The notes under the pieces: generated by a model
Told to the model about the DNA's origin: nothing
Databases searched by the model: none
What the model saw: the letters and a program-made list of their open reading frames with translations, nothing else
Shown here: piece after piece, positions 27,597 to 36,313 of the stretch
Layout of the letters: every line of letters starts with the position of its first letter
Position numbering within the stretch: the stretch's first letter is position 1
Position numbers and translations under genes: made by a program
Origin: Spirochaetales bacterium
GTDB taxonomy: Bacteria; Spirochaetota; GWE2-31-10
Assembly (NCBI GenBank): GCA_022508205.1
Contig: JAFLVQ010000001.1
Coordinates: forward strand, 1 to 55,616
DNA: 55,616 nucleotides
Direction: 5' to 3'

Positions 27597-27683
27597 CGGA
27601 GAGCTAGGGATTCGAACCCCAGGTGACCTCGCGACCACAACGGTTTTCAAGACCGCCTCTTTCAACCACTCAGACAGCTCTCC
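27597..27683 (-). tRNA. tRNA-Ser (UGA)
   Basis: 87 nt. Acceptor GGAGAGC/GCTCTCC, anticodon arm GCGGT-CTTGAAA-ACCGT, long variable arm, T arm TGGGG-TTCGAAT-CCCTA. Confidence 0.9.
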
Positions 27684-27700
27684 AGTAAAGCGATGATGAC

Positions 27701-27729
27701 TATTTACTCTTTTATTTTTTTTTTGTCAA
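27701..27729 (-). promoter_or_regulatory. Putative promoter of the tRNA-SRP RNA transcription unit
   Basis: On the minus strand: TTGACA (27729-27724), 17-nt A-rich spacer, TAAATA (27706-27701), about 18 nt upstream of the first tRNA. Confidence 0.4.
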
Positions 27730-27828
27730 TAAGAAAAAAACAGATTTTTTGTATCTCATTTTTTAATTAATAGATAAAATCTGACGGTAAATTGTTTACA
27801 ATTATAGAATTTGATAACTGCTGCGTTT

Positions 27829-30585
27829 CTAATGCATTTCACCCCATGTGTCACCGATTTCGATACTTGCCTTCAGCGGAAGGTTAAAACCATAGCCGCA
27901 TTCCATTACATTGCGAACAATATTTTTCATTATTTCGAGTTCTTCCGGAGGCACTTCAAAAATTAGTTCATCATGAACTTGCAGCAGTAATTTTGATTTT
28001 AAACGTTGCTTTTTTATTTCGGAAGCGGCGCGAATCATTGCTTGTTTTATTAAATCCGCAGCAGTTCCTTGTATCACGGAATTTACTGCCATGCGCTCTC
28101 CATTTTCGCGAATATTCTTGTTCTTCTCATTAATTTCACGAATTGTTCGATGTCTGCCCCAATGAGTCGATGAATATCCATTTTTGCGACATAAATCTTT
28201 AAGTTTTTCGATATAACATTTTACACCGCTGTAATTTTTAAAATATTTTTCTATAAATAAAGCTGCCTGAGTTCTGGAAATTTGCAGCTCATTTGCTAAT
28301 CCAAATGCGGATTGTCCATACAAAATTCCAAAATTAACAGTTTTGGCAATCATTCGTTCTTCTTTAGAAACAGCAGCTGGTTGTTTATCAAACAAAATTG
28401 CGGCAGTCCCGGCATGAATATCTTCGCCATTCATAATTGCATTTTGCAAAATTCGATCATCGGAAAACTCTGCCAATAGAAAAATTTCAATTTGCGAGTA
28501 ATCGGCACTCATCAATTTCCACCCTTTTCTCGGAATAAAGGCACGTCTGATTTCACGGCCGATAGGACTGCGAATTGGAATATTCTGCAAATTTGGGTCT
28601 TTGCTTGAAAGTCGTCCGGTTTGTGTACCGGTCTGAAAATACGTTGTATGAATTCGACCGGTTTGTGGATTTATCATATCGATAAGATTTTCGGTGTATG
28701 TTGATTTTATTTTGCTGTATGCTCGGTAGTCCAGCAGAAGTCCGGGCAGAGGATGAAAGAAACGTAACTTCTTTAAGACTTCAACATCGGTAGAAGCTCC
28801 TGATTTGGTTTTTCTGTCAGGCTGCAAACCCAAATCTTCAAAAAGTAGCTTGCGCAGCTGTACTGGGGAGTTAGGATTAAATTCATAACTGACAATGTCA
28901 AACATTTTTTCACGAAGAACCGCAATTTCATTGTCCATTTTATTTGATAGTTCATGCAAATGATCCGCATTGACATAAATCCCTGTGATTTCCATATCCG
29001 AAAGTACTTGGACAAGCGGAATTTCAATCTCGTAAAAAAGATGAATCTGCTGTGAGTCCTGTGAAATCTTGTCATCAAACAGCTGATGCAGTTGCAAAGT
29101 CAAGTATGCATCTTGACCTGAGTAAGCAAAAAGTTTGTCAAAAGGAGCATCAAGCAAAGTTTTTTTTCTGGGTTGCGGCACAACATCTTCGTAGTGAATT
29201 ACTTTTACATTTAAATAATGCTCTGCCATATCTTTCAGTGCAAGTACGGATGACGCACAATCAAGGCAATATTCTGCTAACATTGTATCGAAAAGCGGCG
29301 CAATATCGGTAATGCCGAACCGATACAGAAATTTATTATCGAATTTTATGTTATGACCTATTTTTAAAATTGATTTGTCAGTGAATAATGGTGCTAAAAT
29401 TTTGATTATTTCGGTTTCTTGCGGTAAGTGGGAAATGCCTGCTTCCGTAAGTTGCGATAGCGACAAAGTAAACGGAATAACAAAAGTTTCGGGTTCATTA
29501 TTTTCTCCCGGAATTGCAATACTCATGCAAATTAATTGACCGTTACTGAAATCAAAATTTGTAGTTTCTAAATCATACGCAAATTTTTTTACACTGCGAA
29601 TTTTATTTGCAAGTTCTTCCAGTTTGGCTAATGTCGGAACAAAATGAAATTTTTTGGCATTAAGTTCGGCTTTTTCATCGGCGTGTGAGAAAGTAATTTG
29701 AAAGCGTTCTTTGTTATATGTTTTTATTTGAGAAATAACGGTTCTTAAGTTGTCCTTTTCCAAGTCTTCAAGCACAGCTTCCAGATTTATCGGACGGGAG
29801 TACAATGAATTTTCATTCAGTTGCAGAGGGACATCTGTGCGGATCGTTGTTAGTTTTTGACTTAAAAGAGCATTTTCTTTATCAGCTGTTAATTTTTTTT
29901 GCATATTAGGCGGAGTTATTTCTGTCAAATGCTCATAAATATTTTCCAGTGATTGCCATTTACCGAGTAATGCAGCAGCACCTTTTTCGCCTAATCCTTT
30001 TATACCGGGAATATTGTCAGATTTGTCTCCGGTAATTGCGAGATAATCTGCGACTTGTTCCGGATAAACGCCCATATCAGCAAAAATTTCGTCTCTTCCG
30101 TATAAAATGTATTCACCTGTTTTAGGATCGGGACGGCACAGTTTTACATTATTTTTTACCAATTGCCGCAAATCTTTGTCTGATGAAAAAATCCATACTT
30201 CGTAATTTTCGTTTTTACTGTAAACTTCTGTCAATGTTCCGATTACATCATCAGCTTCAAAACCTTCTTGTGAAAAATAAGGTATTTCCATTTTATTAAT
30301 TAAAGCTGTGATTTTGCCAATTTGTTCCTTTAAATCTTCCGGAGTATCTTGTCGATTTGCTTTGTATTCCGGATATATGTCATAACGAAAACATTTTCCT
30401 TTACCTTCCAAGGCAAGCAGCACAAAATCGGGTTTTTCTTTTTTTAGCAGTGAAAAAAGAGCATTAAAGAATCCATGAACTGCCGAAATATTTTTCCCCG
30501 AGTTATTTGTTAAAGGGTGAGTAATAAAAGCATAGTAAGATCGGAATATCAGTCCGAACGTATCAACAAGAAGAATTTTTTTCAT
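27829..30585 (-). CDS. polA: DNA polymerase I
   Basis: 918 aa. 5'-3' exonuclease N-terminus, 3'-5' exonuclease-like domain, and polymerase motifs DYSQIE(I), ..KTVNFGILYG.., QVHDELIFE. Confidence 0.95.
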   Translation of the reverse strand: MKKILLVDTFGLIFRSYYAFITHPLTNNSGKNISAVHGFFNALFSLLKKEKPDFVLLALEGKGKCFRYDIYPEYKANRQDTPEDLKEQIGKITALINKMEIPYFSQEGFEADDVIGTLTEVYSKNENYEVWIFSSDKDLRQLVKNNVKLCRPDPKTGEYILYGRDEIFADMGVYPEQVADYLAITGDKSDNIPGIKGLGEKGAAALLGKWQSLENIYEHLTEITPPNMQKKLTADKENALLSQKLTTIRTDVPLQLNENSLYSRPINLEAVLEDLEKDNLRTVISQIKTYNKERFQITFSHADEKAELNAKKFHFVPTLAKLEELANKIRSVKKFAYDLETTNFDFSNGQLICMSIAIPGENNEPETFVIPFTLSLSQLTEAGISHLPQETEIIKILAPLFTDKSILKIGHNIKFDNKFLYRFGITDIAPLFDTMLAEYCLDCASSVLALKDMAEHYLNVKVIHYEDVVPQPRKKTLLDAPFDKLFAYSGQDAYLTLQLHQLFDDKISQDSQQIHLFYEIEIPLVQVLSDMEITGIYVNADHLHELSNKMDNEIAVLREKMFDIVSYEFNPNSPVQLRKLLFEDLGLQPDRKTKSGASTDVEVLKKLRFFHPLPGLLLDYRAYSKIKSTYTENLIDMINPQTGRIHTTYFQTGTQTGRLSSKDPNLQNIPIRSPIGREIRRAFIPRKGWKLMSADYSQIEIFLLAEFSDDRILQNAIMNGEDIHAGTAAILFDKQPAAVSKEERMIAKTVNFGILYGQSAFGLANELQISRTQAALFIEKYFKNYSGVKCYIEKLKDLCRKNGYSSTHWGRHRTIREINEKNKNIRENGERMAVNSVIQGTAADLIKQAMIRAASEIKKQRLKSKLLLQVHDELIFEVPPEELEIMKNIVRNVMECGYGFNLPLKASIEIGDTWGEMH

Positions 30586-30655
30586 AATTTGGCAAGAACT
30601 CCGAAATAATTTTTTGTATTATCGACAATATTGATAATAAACTTTCAGGTAATGC

Positions 30656-30675
30656 AATGTTTCACGTGAAACATT
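30656..30675. promoter_or_regulatory. Perfect 20-bp palindrome, candidate operator in the polA / PilZ divergent region
   Basis: AATGTTTCAC|GTGAAACATT is exactly self-complementary. An extra half-site AATGTTTACA lies at 30703-30712. Confidence 0.4.
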
Positions 30676-30791
30676 ATAGTAAAGTTCAATTACATGCACT
30701 GAAATGTTTACAAAATATTTTTAGTTGGAAGTCATATAAAAAAATGATATATAATAAAATTTGAAAAGAAAATTTTGGAGGGATTTATTGT

Positions 30792-31130
30792 ATGAGTGAA
30801 GAATTAAGAACGGAACGCAGAGTATCGGCTGAAATGGTGCCGGAAGATTTAAAAGAATTTAGTTTTTCTGCAGGATTGTTTCACGAGAAACGTGCGGAAT
30901 TAGCCAATCTTAGTAAAGGCGGTATTAGTTTTTTCACAGATGATACGGAGAATCACTATGAAGTGGGACAGAAATTGAAAGTTATTTTTTTCTCACGTAA
31001 ATTGAAATTATCCGGCAGAATAGTTTATGTGAATCGTGTAACTGATGAGAAAATAAAAATAGGTATGGTATTATCGCTTTCTGCTGAATTGAACGAGATA
31101 AAAAAAATTATCGATAGTTTGGATAGTTAA
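30792..31130 (+). CDS. Single-domain PilZ protein (c-di-GMP receptor type)
   Basis: 112 aa. RxxxR motif (RTERR) near the N-terminus and D/NxSxxG motif (NLSKGG). GGAGG RBS. Confidence 0.75.
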   Translation: MSEELRTERRVSAEMVPEDLKEFSFSAGLFHEKRAELANLSKGGISFFTDDTENHYEVGQKLKVIFFSRKLKLSGRIVYVNRVTDEKIKIGMVLSLSAELNEIKKIIDSLDS

Positions 31131-31139
31131 AGGGAAAAA

Positions 31140-32270
31140 ATGGGACACACACCGGTTATTATTCCTATTGCCAGTGGTAAAGGCGGAGTAGGGAAGACTT
31201 TTATTTCTGTCAATCTTGCTTATGCATTGGCAAATTTAGGTAAAAAAGTGATTTTAATGGATCTTGATTTTGGAGGTGCCAATATTCATACTTGTATGGG
31301 ATATTCGGTTGCTCCTGATGGAATTGGCAATTTTTTGAATCAAAGAAATTCCAAATTGTCTGACTATATTCTTTCTACAGGGAATAGAAATCTTTTTTTT
31401 ATTTCCGGTGATGCGGAAATGGTCGGAGTTGCAAATATTACCGCTGCTCAAAAGAAAAAACTAATATCTCAAATTTTTCATTTAGATGCGGATTATGTAA
31501 TTTTAGATTTAGGTGCCGGTTCATCTTATAATACAGTGGATTTTTTTATTTTAAGTTCATGCGGTATACTTGTTTCCATGCCTGAATTAACTTCTATTTT
31601 AAATGCGTATTCTTTGTTAAAAACATCTGTATTCAGAAGGTTGTTTTTGGAATTTAAATCAATACCGGAAATAAAAGATTTATTTAATGAACAAATGAAA
31701 AAGGGCGGAGAAAATGCATGGAAGGTGTTGGATTTACTGCAGATGATTAAAAAAGTTTCTCCGGCTACGTATTTAAAGGCAGTTTATTTTGTTAGAGAAA
31801 TGTCACCTAAACTTATTATTAATATGGCACATTCTCCGACTGATATTGAAATGGGAGAAAAAATACGTAAAATAACCCATTCTTTTTTGAATATTGAGAT
31901 GGATTACCTTGGTTTCCTGTATAGGGATAAAAGTGTTCATGAATCGATAAATAAGAGACAACCGCTTGCTGTTTATCAGTCTCAAAATCATACATATCAG
32001 TCTATTGCGAAAATAGCTTACAAAATAGCATCTCTTAATAAATTGCAAAATACATCTCATGATTTTGATGATTATGAAGAAATTTTGGATGAGATAACCG
32101 ATGATTTATCATCTAAAATATCAGGATATTCGGAATTGGCAGATGAAAATCTTATTTCAATTAATGATTTGATTTCACTTGTTACAAATCAGGAATATGA
32201 AAATTTAATGTTGAAAAGGGAGAATGAATCTTTAAAACAGCAGCTTCTCCAGTTCGGGAAAAAAGTTTAA
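31140..32270 (+). CDS. ParA/MinD/FlhG-family P-loop ATPase with a C-terminal coiled-coil extension
   Basis: 376 aa. Deviant Walker A ASGKGGVGKT, DLDFGGAN, Walker B-like VILDLGAG. A C-terminal extension of about 100 aa ends in a heptad-like segment ..YENLMLKRENESLKQQLLQF... Starts 9 nt after the PilZ gene. Confidence 0.8.
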   Translation: MGHTPVIIPIASGKGGVGKTFISVNLAYALANLGKKVILMDLDFGGANIHTCMGYSVAPDGIGNFLNQRNSKLSDYILSTGNRNLFFISGDAEMVGVANITAAQKKKLISQIFHLDADYVILDLGAGSSYNTVDFFILSSCGILVSMPELTSILNAYSLLKTSVFRRLFLEFKSIPEIKDLFNEQMKKGGENAWKVLDLLQMIKKVSPATYLKAVYFVREMSPKLIINMAHSPTDIEMGEKIRKITHSFLNIEMDYLGFLYRDKSVHESINKRQPLAVYQSQNHTYQSIAKIAYKIASLNKLQNTSHDFDDYEEILDEITDDLSSKISGYSELADENLISINDLISLVTNQEYENLMLKRENESLKQQLLQFGKKV

Positions 32271-32755
32271 CAAAATTTATTTTTTATTGATTTATAGACG
32301 TTAGGTGGAACTTTGTTGGAAATGTCTCCGCCTAATGTTGCTAAATCTTTAATTAGACTGCTGCGTAAATAAAAATATTTTTGGTCTGTCAGAATAAATA
32401 CTGTTTCTATATTGTTGGATAATTCCCTGTTTGTCATTGCCATTTCAAATTCATATTCAAAATCTACAAGAGGACGGATCCCTCTCACTATAACTGTTAT
32501 ACCGTTTTGTTTGCAATACTCTACCAAAAGTCCGTGATATGAATCGACATGAACTTTTTTATCGATATTCATACCTTTAATTGCATCTTTTATCATTACG
32601 GTTCTTTCTTCCAGTGTAAAATATGTGTTCTTTGAAAGATTTTGTGCGAGAAGAACAGTTACTTCGCCAAACATATTTGTTGCTCTGTGTATTATATCAA
32701 GATGCCCGTAAGTAAGGGGGTCAAACGTCCCCGGATATACAACTTTTGTAGTCAT
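32267..32755 (-). CDS. coaD: Phosphopantetheine adenylyltransferase
   Basis: 162 aa. VYPGTFDPLTYGHLDII (T/HxGH nucleotidyltransferase motif). Typical CoaD length. Confidence 0.93.
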   Translation of the reverse strand: MTTKVVYPGTFDPLTYGHLDIIHRATNMFGEVTVLLAQNLSKNTYFTLEERTVMIKDAIKGMNIDKKVHVDSYHGLLVEYCKQNGITVIVRGIRPLVDFEYEFEMAMTNRELSNNIETVFILTDQKYFYLRSSLIKDLATLGGDISNKVPPNVYKSIKNKFC

Positions 32756-32794
32756 TTTTTTGTTTCCTTTCCTTAAAAATTATCGGTAATAATA

Positions 32795-32818
32795 ATGGCA
32801 ACTCCAAAGAGTTGCCAT
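32795..32818 (-). terminator. Hairpin downstream of ctpA (weak terminator candidate)
   Basis: ATGGCAACTC-caaa-GAGTTGCCAT is a perfect 10-bp stem. On the minus strand only a broken U-tract (UUAUUAUU) follows. Confidence 0.35.
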
Positions 32819-32843
32819 TTTATCACTATATAAAGAGAAGTTT

Positions 32844-34259
32844 CTATTTTAACAATGAATATTCGCCTTTGTTGTTATACTTGATTGAATTGTTTGTTAA
32901 AATTTCTATAGCCTTTTGCAGCTGAATGTCATATTCCAAATCATAAATAGGTGCAGAACTGTTTTCGTAATCTAAAGTATTTTTCAAAAGGCGACGCATC
33001 ATTCTGTCCGTAAAGACATAACCTTTATTTCTCATTTCATTCAGAAACGAATCAATGTCTTTATCTGTCGGATTTTTGTGCAGTTTCACGAATTCGTCTA
33101 TAATTTTATCTTTATAAATCTTTTTTAATCCTTCGCGTTCGTCTTCTGTCAATTCAGGTTCTTTTATTGCAATATCCGGTTCGATTCCGACTCCATGTAT
33201 TGATACACCCGACGGAGTATAATATTTTGCTGTTGTCATTTTGAAACCGTCTGTACCGTCCTGCAAAAATTGAATACTTTGAACTGAACCTTTTCCGAAA
33301 GATTTTTCACCGACTAAAATTCCGCGCTTTGTATCTTTCAATGCTCCGGATACAATTTCCGATGCACTGGCAGAACCGCTGTCGATTAAAACTACGACCG
33401 GAACATCTTTTGCAATTATAGTATTAAATGAACTTGCAGAATTAACGGTTTGCTCGTTTAATCTTCGGCCTTTTGTTGATACTATTGTTCCTTTGTCTTG
33501 AAAAAAATCAACAATGCTTATCGCAGAACTTAATAATCCGCCCGGATTCATTCGCAAATCCATTATAATACCTTTTACCTTTTTAGCTCTGAAATTCTGC
33601 AAAGCTTCTTTAACATGCTTGTCGGTTGTTCCTGAAAATTGAGTTATACGGAGGTATCCGATTTCGTTATTGATGATGTCATACTTTACCGTAGGTAAAT
33701 CAATGATAGCTCGGACAAGCTCCACTTCGTATTTCACTTCATCCCGAAGGAACTCAATATTTACGCTTGTTCCTGACGCACCTTTTAGTTTATCCGCTGC
33801 ATCTGAAACGGAAACACCCTTCAGTGTTTCCCCATTTACGGACAATAGCAAATCTCCCGATTTCATTCCTTTTCGGAATGCAGGAGTTCCTTCTATTGGA
33901 GATACAACTCCGATATATCCATCTTTTTCTGTAATAATCATCCCGACACCGGCAAATGTTCCGGTTGTTGTTGTCTGCAAATCTTTGACGTCTTTTTCGC
34001 TAAGGTAAACGGTATACGGATCTCCGATTGCATCCAGCATTCCTTTTATTGCTCCGTTGATGAGTGTCTTATCTTCGAGTTTATCAGCATCGACATAGTC
34101 TGATTTTATTGCATTGAATACACTGATAAATTTGTTCATATATGGAAATGCCTGAGTAAAACTTGCGGCCGATGCATTGTTTACAAAAACGTTGAATGTA
34201 CAAAATGCCAAAAGCACACAAACAGAACAAATCCAAAAGAATCTTTCTTTCTTTTTCAT
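32844..34259 (-). CDS. ctpA: Carboxyl-terminal processing protease (S41 family)
   Basis: 471 aa. Signal peptide, PDZ region (..GMKSGDLLLSVNGE..), and catalytic region ..IDSGSASASEIVSGALKD... Confidence 0.9.
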   Translation of the reverse strand: MKKKERFFWICSVCVLLAFCTFNVFVNNASAASFTQAFPYMNKFISVFNAIKSDYVDADKLEDKTLINGAIKGMLDAIGDPYTVYLSEKDVKDLQTTTTGTFAGVGMIITEKDGYIGVVSPIEGTPAFRKGMKSGDLLLSVNGETLKGVSVSDAADKLKGASGTSVNIEFLRDEVKYEVELVRAIIDLPTVKYDIINNEIGYLRITQFSGTTDKHVKEALQNFRAKKVKGIIMDLRMNPGGLLSSAISIVDFFQDKGTIVSTKGRRLNEQTVNSASSFNTIIAKDVPVVVLIDSGSASASEIVSGALKDTKRGILVGEKSFGKGSVQSIQFLQDGTDGFKMTTAKYYTPSGVSIHGVGIEPDIAIKEPELTEDEREGLKKIYKDKIIDEFVKLHKNPTDKDIDSFLNEMRNKGYVFTDRMMRRLLKNTLDYENSSAPIYDLEYDIQLQKAIEILTNNSIKYNNKGEYSLLK

Positions 34260-34322
34260 TAATTGCTCCTTTTGTTTTGTTAGATATAGTATTTAGGATA
34301 GAAAAAAACAAGATATTTTATT

Positions 34323-34574
34323 TCAGCGATTAAACCAATTTTCAATATCCGTCATATTTTCATCTATTGACTTTATAAAATCTTTAAGCTGCGGTAATGT
34401 CATTGTAATGCCTTTTTTTGTCGGTTTGAATTCATCCGCGCTGTCTTTGTAATATTTTCGTATATCAAGATATTTTTTATTCATGTAATTGCTGAGAGAA
34501 ATAAAAATAGGTTCTTTTGCCGGCGGTTCAATATCCAACCCGATTTTAGCTATGATGGTTGCTTCTTCTGACAT
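34323..34574 (-). CDS. Small PC4/p15-like ssDNA-binding family protein (tentative)
   Basis: 83 aa. ..YLDIRKYYKDSADEFKPTKKGITMTLPQL.. resembles the bacterial PC4-like signature (..DIR.w......PTKKGI.l..). Confidence 0.45.
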   Translation of the reverse strand: MSEEATIIAKIGLDIEPPAKEPIFISLSNYMNKKYLDIRKYYKDSADEFKPTKKGITMTLPQLKDFIKSIDENMTDIENWFNR

Positions 34575-34705
34575 GATTTCTTCCTTAAATATAGTTGATA
34601 AATTAGTATGAATTTTGACATAATAACGAATTATTTTATTATAGTGAAGATAAAGCGAGATTTTTTTATCGATGTTTTGCCGACAATTTCTTAGAGGATA
34701 CAGAA

Positions 34706-36244
34706 ATGAAGAAATGCTTTTGTTGTTTTATATTTTTGATTTTTGCAGTGTGTCTGTTTGGTGCCGATAATAAAGTTCGTATTATTTTTTCTGGGGCAAC
34801 GCTGGGCAGATCTTTGAAATTCACAGATGATACCGGAGAAAATCAAGCCGGATATTCCGCAAGAAAGACGATGATTGACGAACTGAAAAAAAAAGGCGGC
34901 AATAATGTCATACTTGTCGATACGGGAAATTTTGTCAGCGAGTATTATCTTTCATCTTTGACCGATTGTGCTGCGGATTATACCGCAATGAATATGATTG
35001 GTTACGATGTATCGGGTATTGGGTTTAATGAGATAAATAGAAGTTTGACCAGTTATAATAATTTATATAAAAAATCTGCTTTTACTATGATTAACTGCAA
35101 TGTTAAGGAAGTGAAAAGCAAAAGCGGAATTGCGGAACCTTACTTTATAAAAACAGTGAACGGAATAAAAGTCGGTTTTATTTCGGTGTTGAGCGAAAAT
35201 GTTTATTTGGCATTGTCAAATGAAGCTAAAAGCTCGGTAACTGTAGAAAATCCGATTGTCGCAATGGAAAAAACTTTGGCCCAGCTGAAAGGAAAAGTCG
35301 ATGTAATTGTTGCATTGACGAATATCGATTATCACTCGGATTTAAAATACGGAGCTGGCTTTTTGGCATCTTTATTTCCATGCATTGACTTGGTAATAGA
35401 AGGTTCTTACGGTGCGAATAAAAATAAGATTTTCAATGTGAACGGAACGAGAGTTTATACGATTGAAAAAAATGGTGCATATTTAGGAGATATAACATTT
35501 GAATTTGTTAAAAAAGGTGCGGGTGGAAACAAAAGCCAGCTGAATATCGTTTCCGAACAGTTTCATCCTATAAATGTTCATGCTGGCAGCAGAAGAATTC
35601 CGGAAGATAAAAAACTTTTGCAGCGATTGGAAAAAATTACGGAGAATGTAAATAGTAAATTATCATCATCTGTCCGCGCCAATGTTGTTGCAACCGAGTT
35701 CTCTTCTGTCGGGAAAATGGATAATTTTACAAAACTTTGCTGTATTGCAACCGATGCTCTGCGAACAGGGACGGGAGCGGATGTGGCATTTTTAAACGCA
35801 GGATTATTTAAAGAAGTAGATTTATCTGCAAAAAGAAGATTGGAATCTACTTTTGCTTCCAGTTTTTTGAAATATGATAACAATGCGGTTATTGTCAGTC
35901 TGCGCGGTGATGAATTGAAAAACATTATCGAATATTCAATGATTCGACGCGGATATGGTTATTTTTTAATTTTCAGCGGAATGACAGTCGAGTATTCTGC
36001 CGAAGAAAAAAAAGTTACGGATTTGCGTATTTATCAAAAAAAAGTTGTTGATGATAAAATTTATAAAGTTGCTATAAGCGATTTTCTTGCAAACGGCGGA
36101 GATACATACTACTTTTTTGAAAGAGAGAAGAATAAAGTTTTTACGTACATTCCGATTGAGAAATTAATAAATGATTATGTTACCGGAATAAATAACATAA
36201 TGAATGATACAATCGACATGAACCGGCTGAAAATAATCGAGTAA
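34706..36244 (+). CDS. 5'-nucleotidase/UshA-like exported protein with degenerate metallophosphatase motifs
   Basis: 512 aa. Signal or lipoprotein-like N-terminus, a 5'-nucleotidase C-terminal domain flavour (..ISDFLANGGDTY..), and N-terminal catalytic motifs that are replaced (see finding). Confidence 0.7.
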   Translation: MKKCFCCFIFLIFAVCLFGADNKVRIIFSGATLGRSLKFTDDTGENQAGYSARKTMIDELKKKGGNNVILVDTGNFVSEYYLSSLTDCAADYTAMNMIGYDVSGIGFNEINRSLTSYNNLYKKSAFTMINCNVKEVKSKSGIAEPYFIKTVNGIKVGFISVLSENVYLALSNEAKSSVTVENPIVAMEKTLAQLKGKVDVIVALTNIDYHSDLKYGAGFLASLFPCIDLVIEGSYGANKNKIFNVNGTRVYTIEKNGAYLGDITFEFVKKGAGGNKSQLNIVSEQFHPINVHAGSRRIPEDKKLLQRLEKITENVNSKLSSSVRANVVATEFSSVGKMDNFTKLCCIATDALRTGTGADVAFLNAGLFKEVDLSAKRRLESTFASSFLKYDNNAVIVSLRGDELKNIIEYSMIRRGYGYFLIFSGMTVEYSAEEKKVTDLRIYQKKVVDDKIYKVAISDFLANGGDTYYFFEREKNKVFTYIPIEKLINDYVTGINNIMNDTIDMNRLKIIE

Positions 36245-36251
36245 GTAAAAT

Positions 36252-36301
36252 AAAAAAAGACTGTCCCCGAAGGTTGAAACCTCTAAAGACAGTCTTTTTT
36301 T
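36252..36301. terminator. Bidirectional rho-independent terminator
   Basis: A7-AGACTGTC...GACAGTCT-T7, with an 8-bp stem flanked by an A-run and a T-run. Lies between convergent genes. Confidence 0.6.
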
Positions 36302-36313
36302 ATTCATCAAGTA

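Noticed and set aside
27431-27640. 69-aa ORF on the minus strand
   Set aside because: It lies entirely across three tRNA-Ser genes, so it is an artefact of the stop-free tRNA sequence.
36258-36295. Hairpin AGACTGTC...GACAGTCT, whose arm GACTGTCCCC resembles the right arm of the GGTCTGTCCC repeat family
   Set aside because: The arms and loop do not align with the three family copies. It is flanked by A and T runs between convergent genes, so an ordinary bidirectional terminator explains it.
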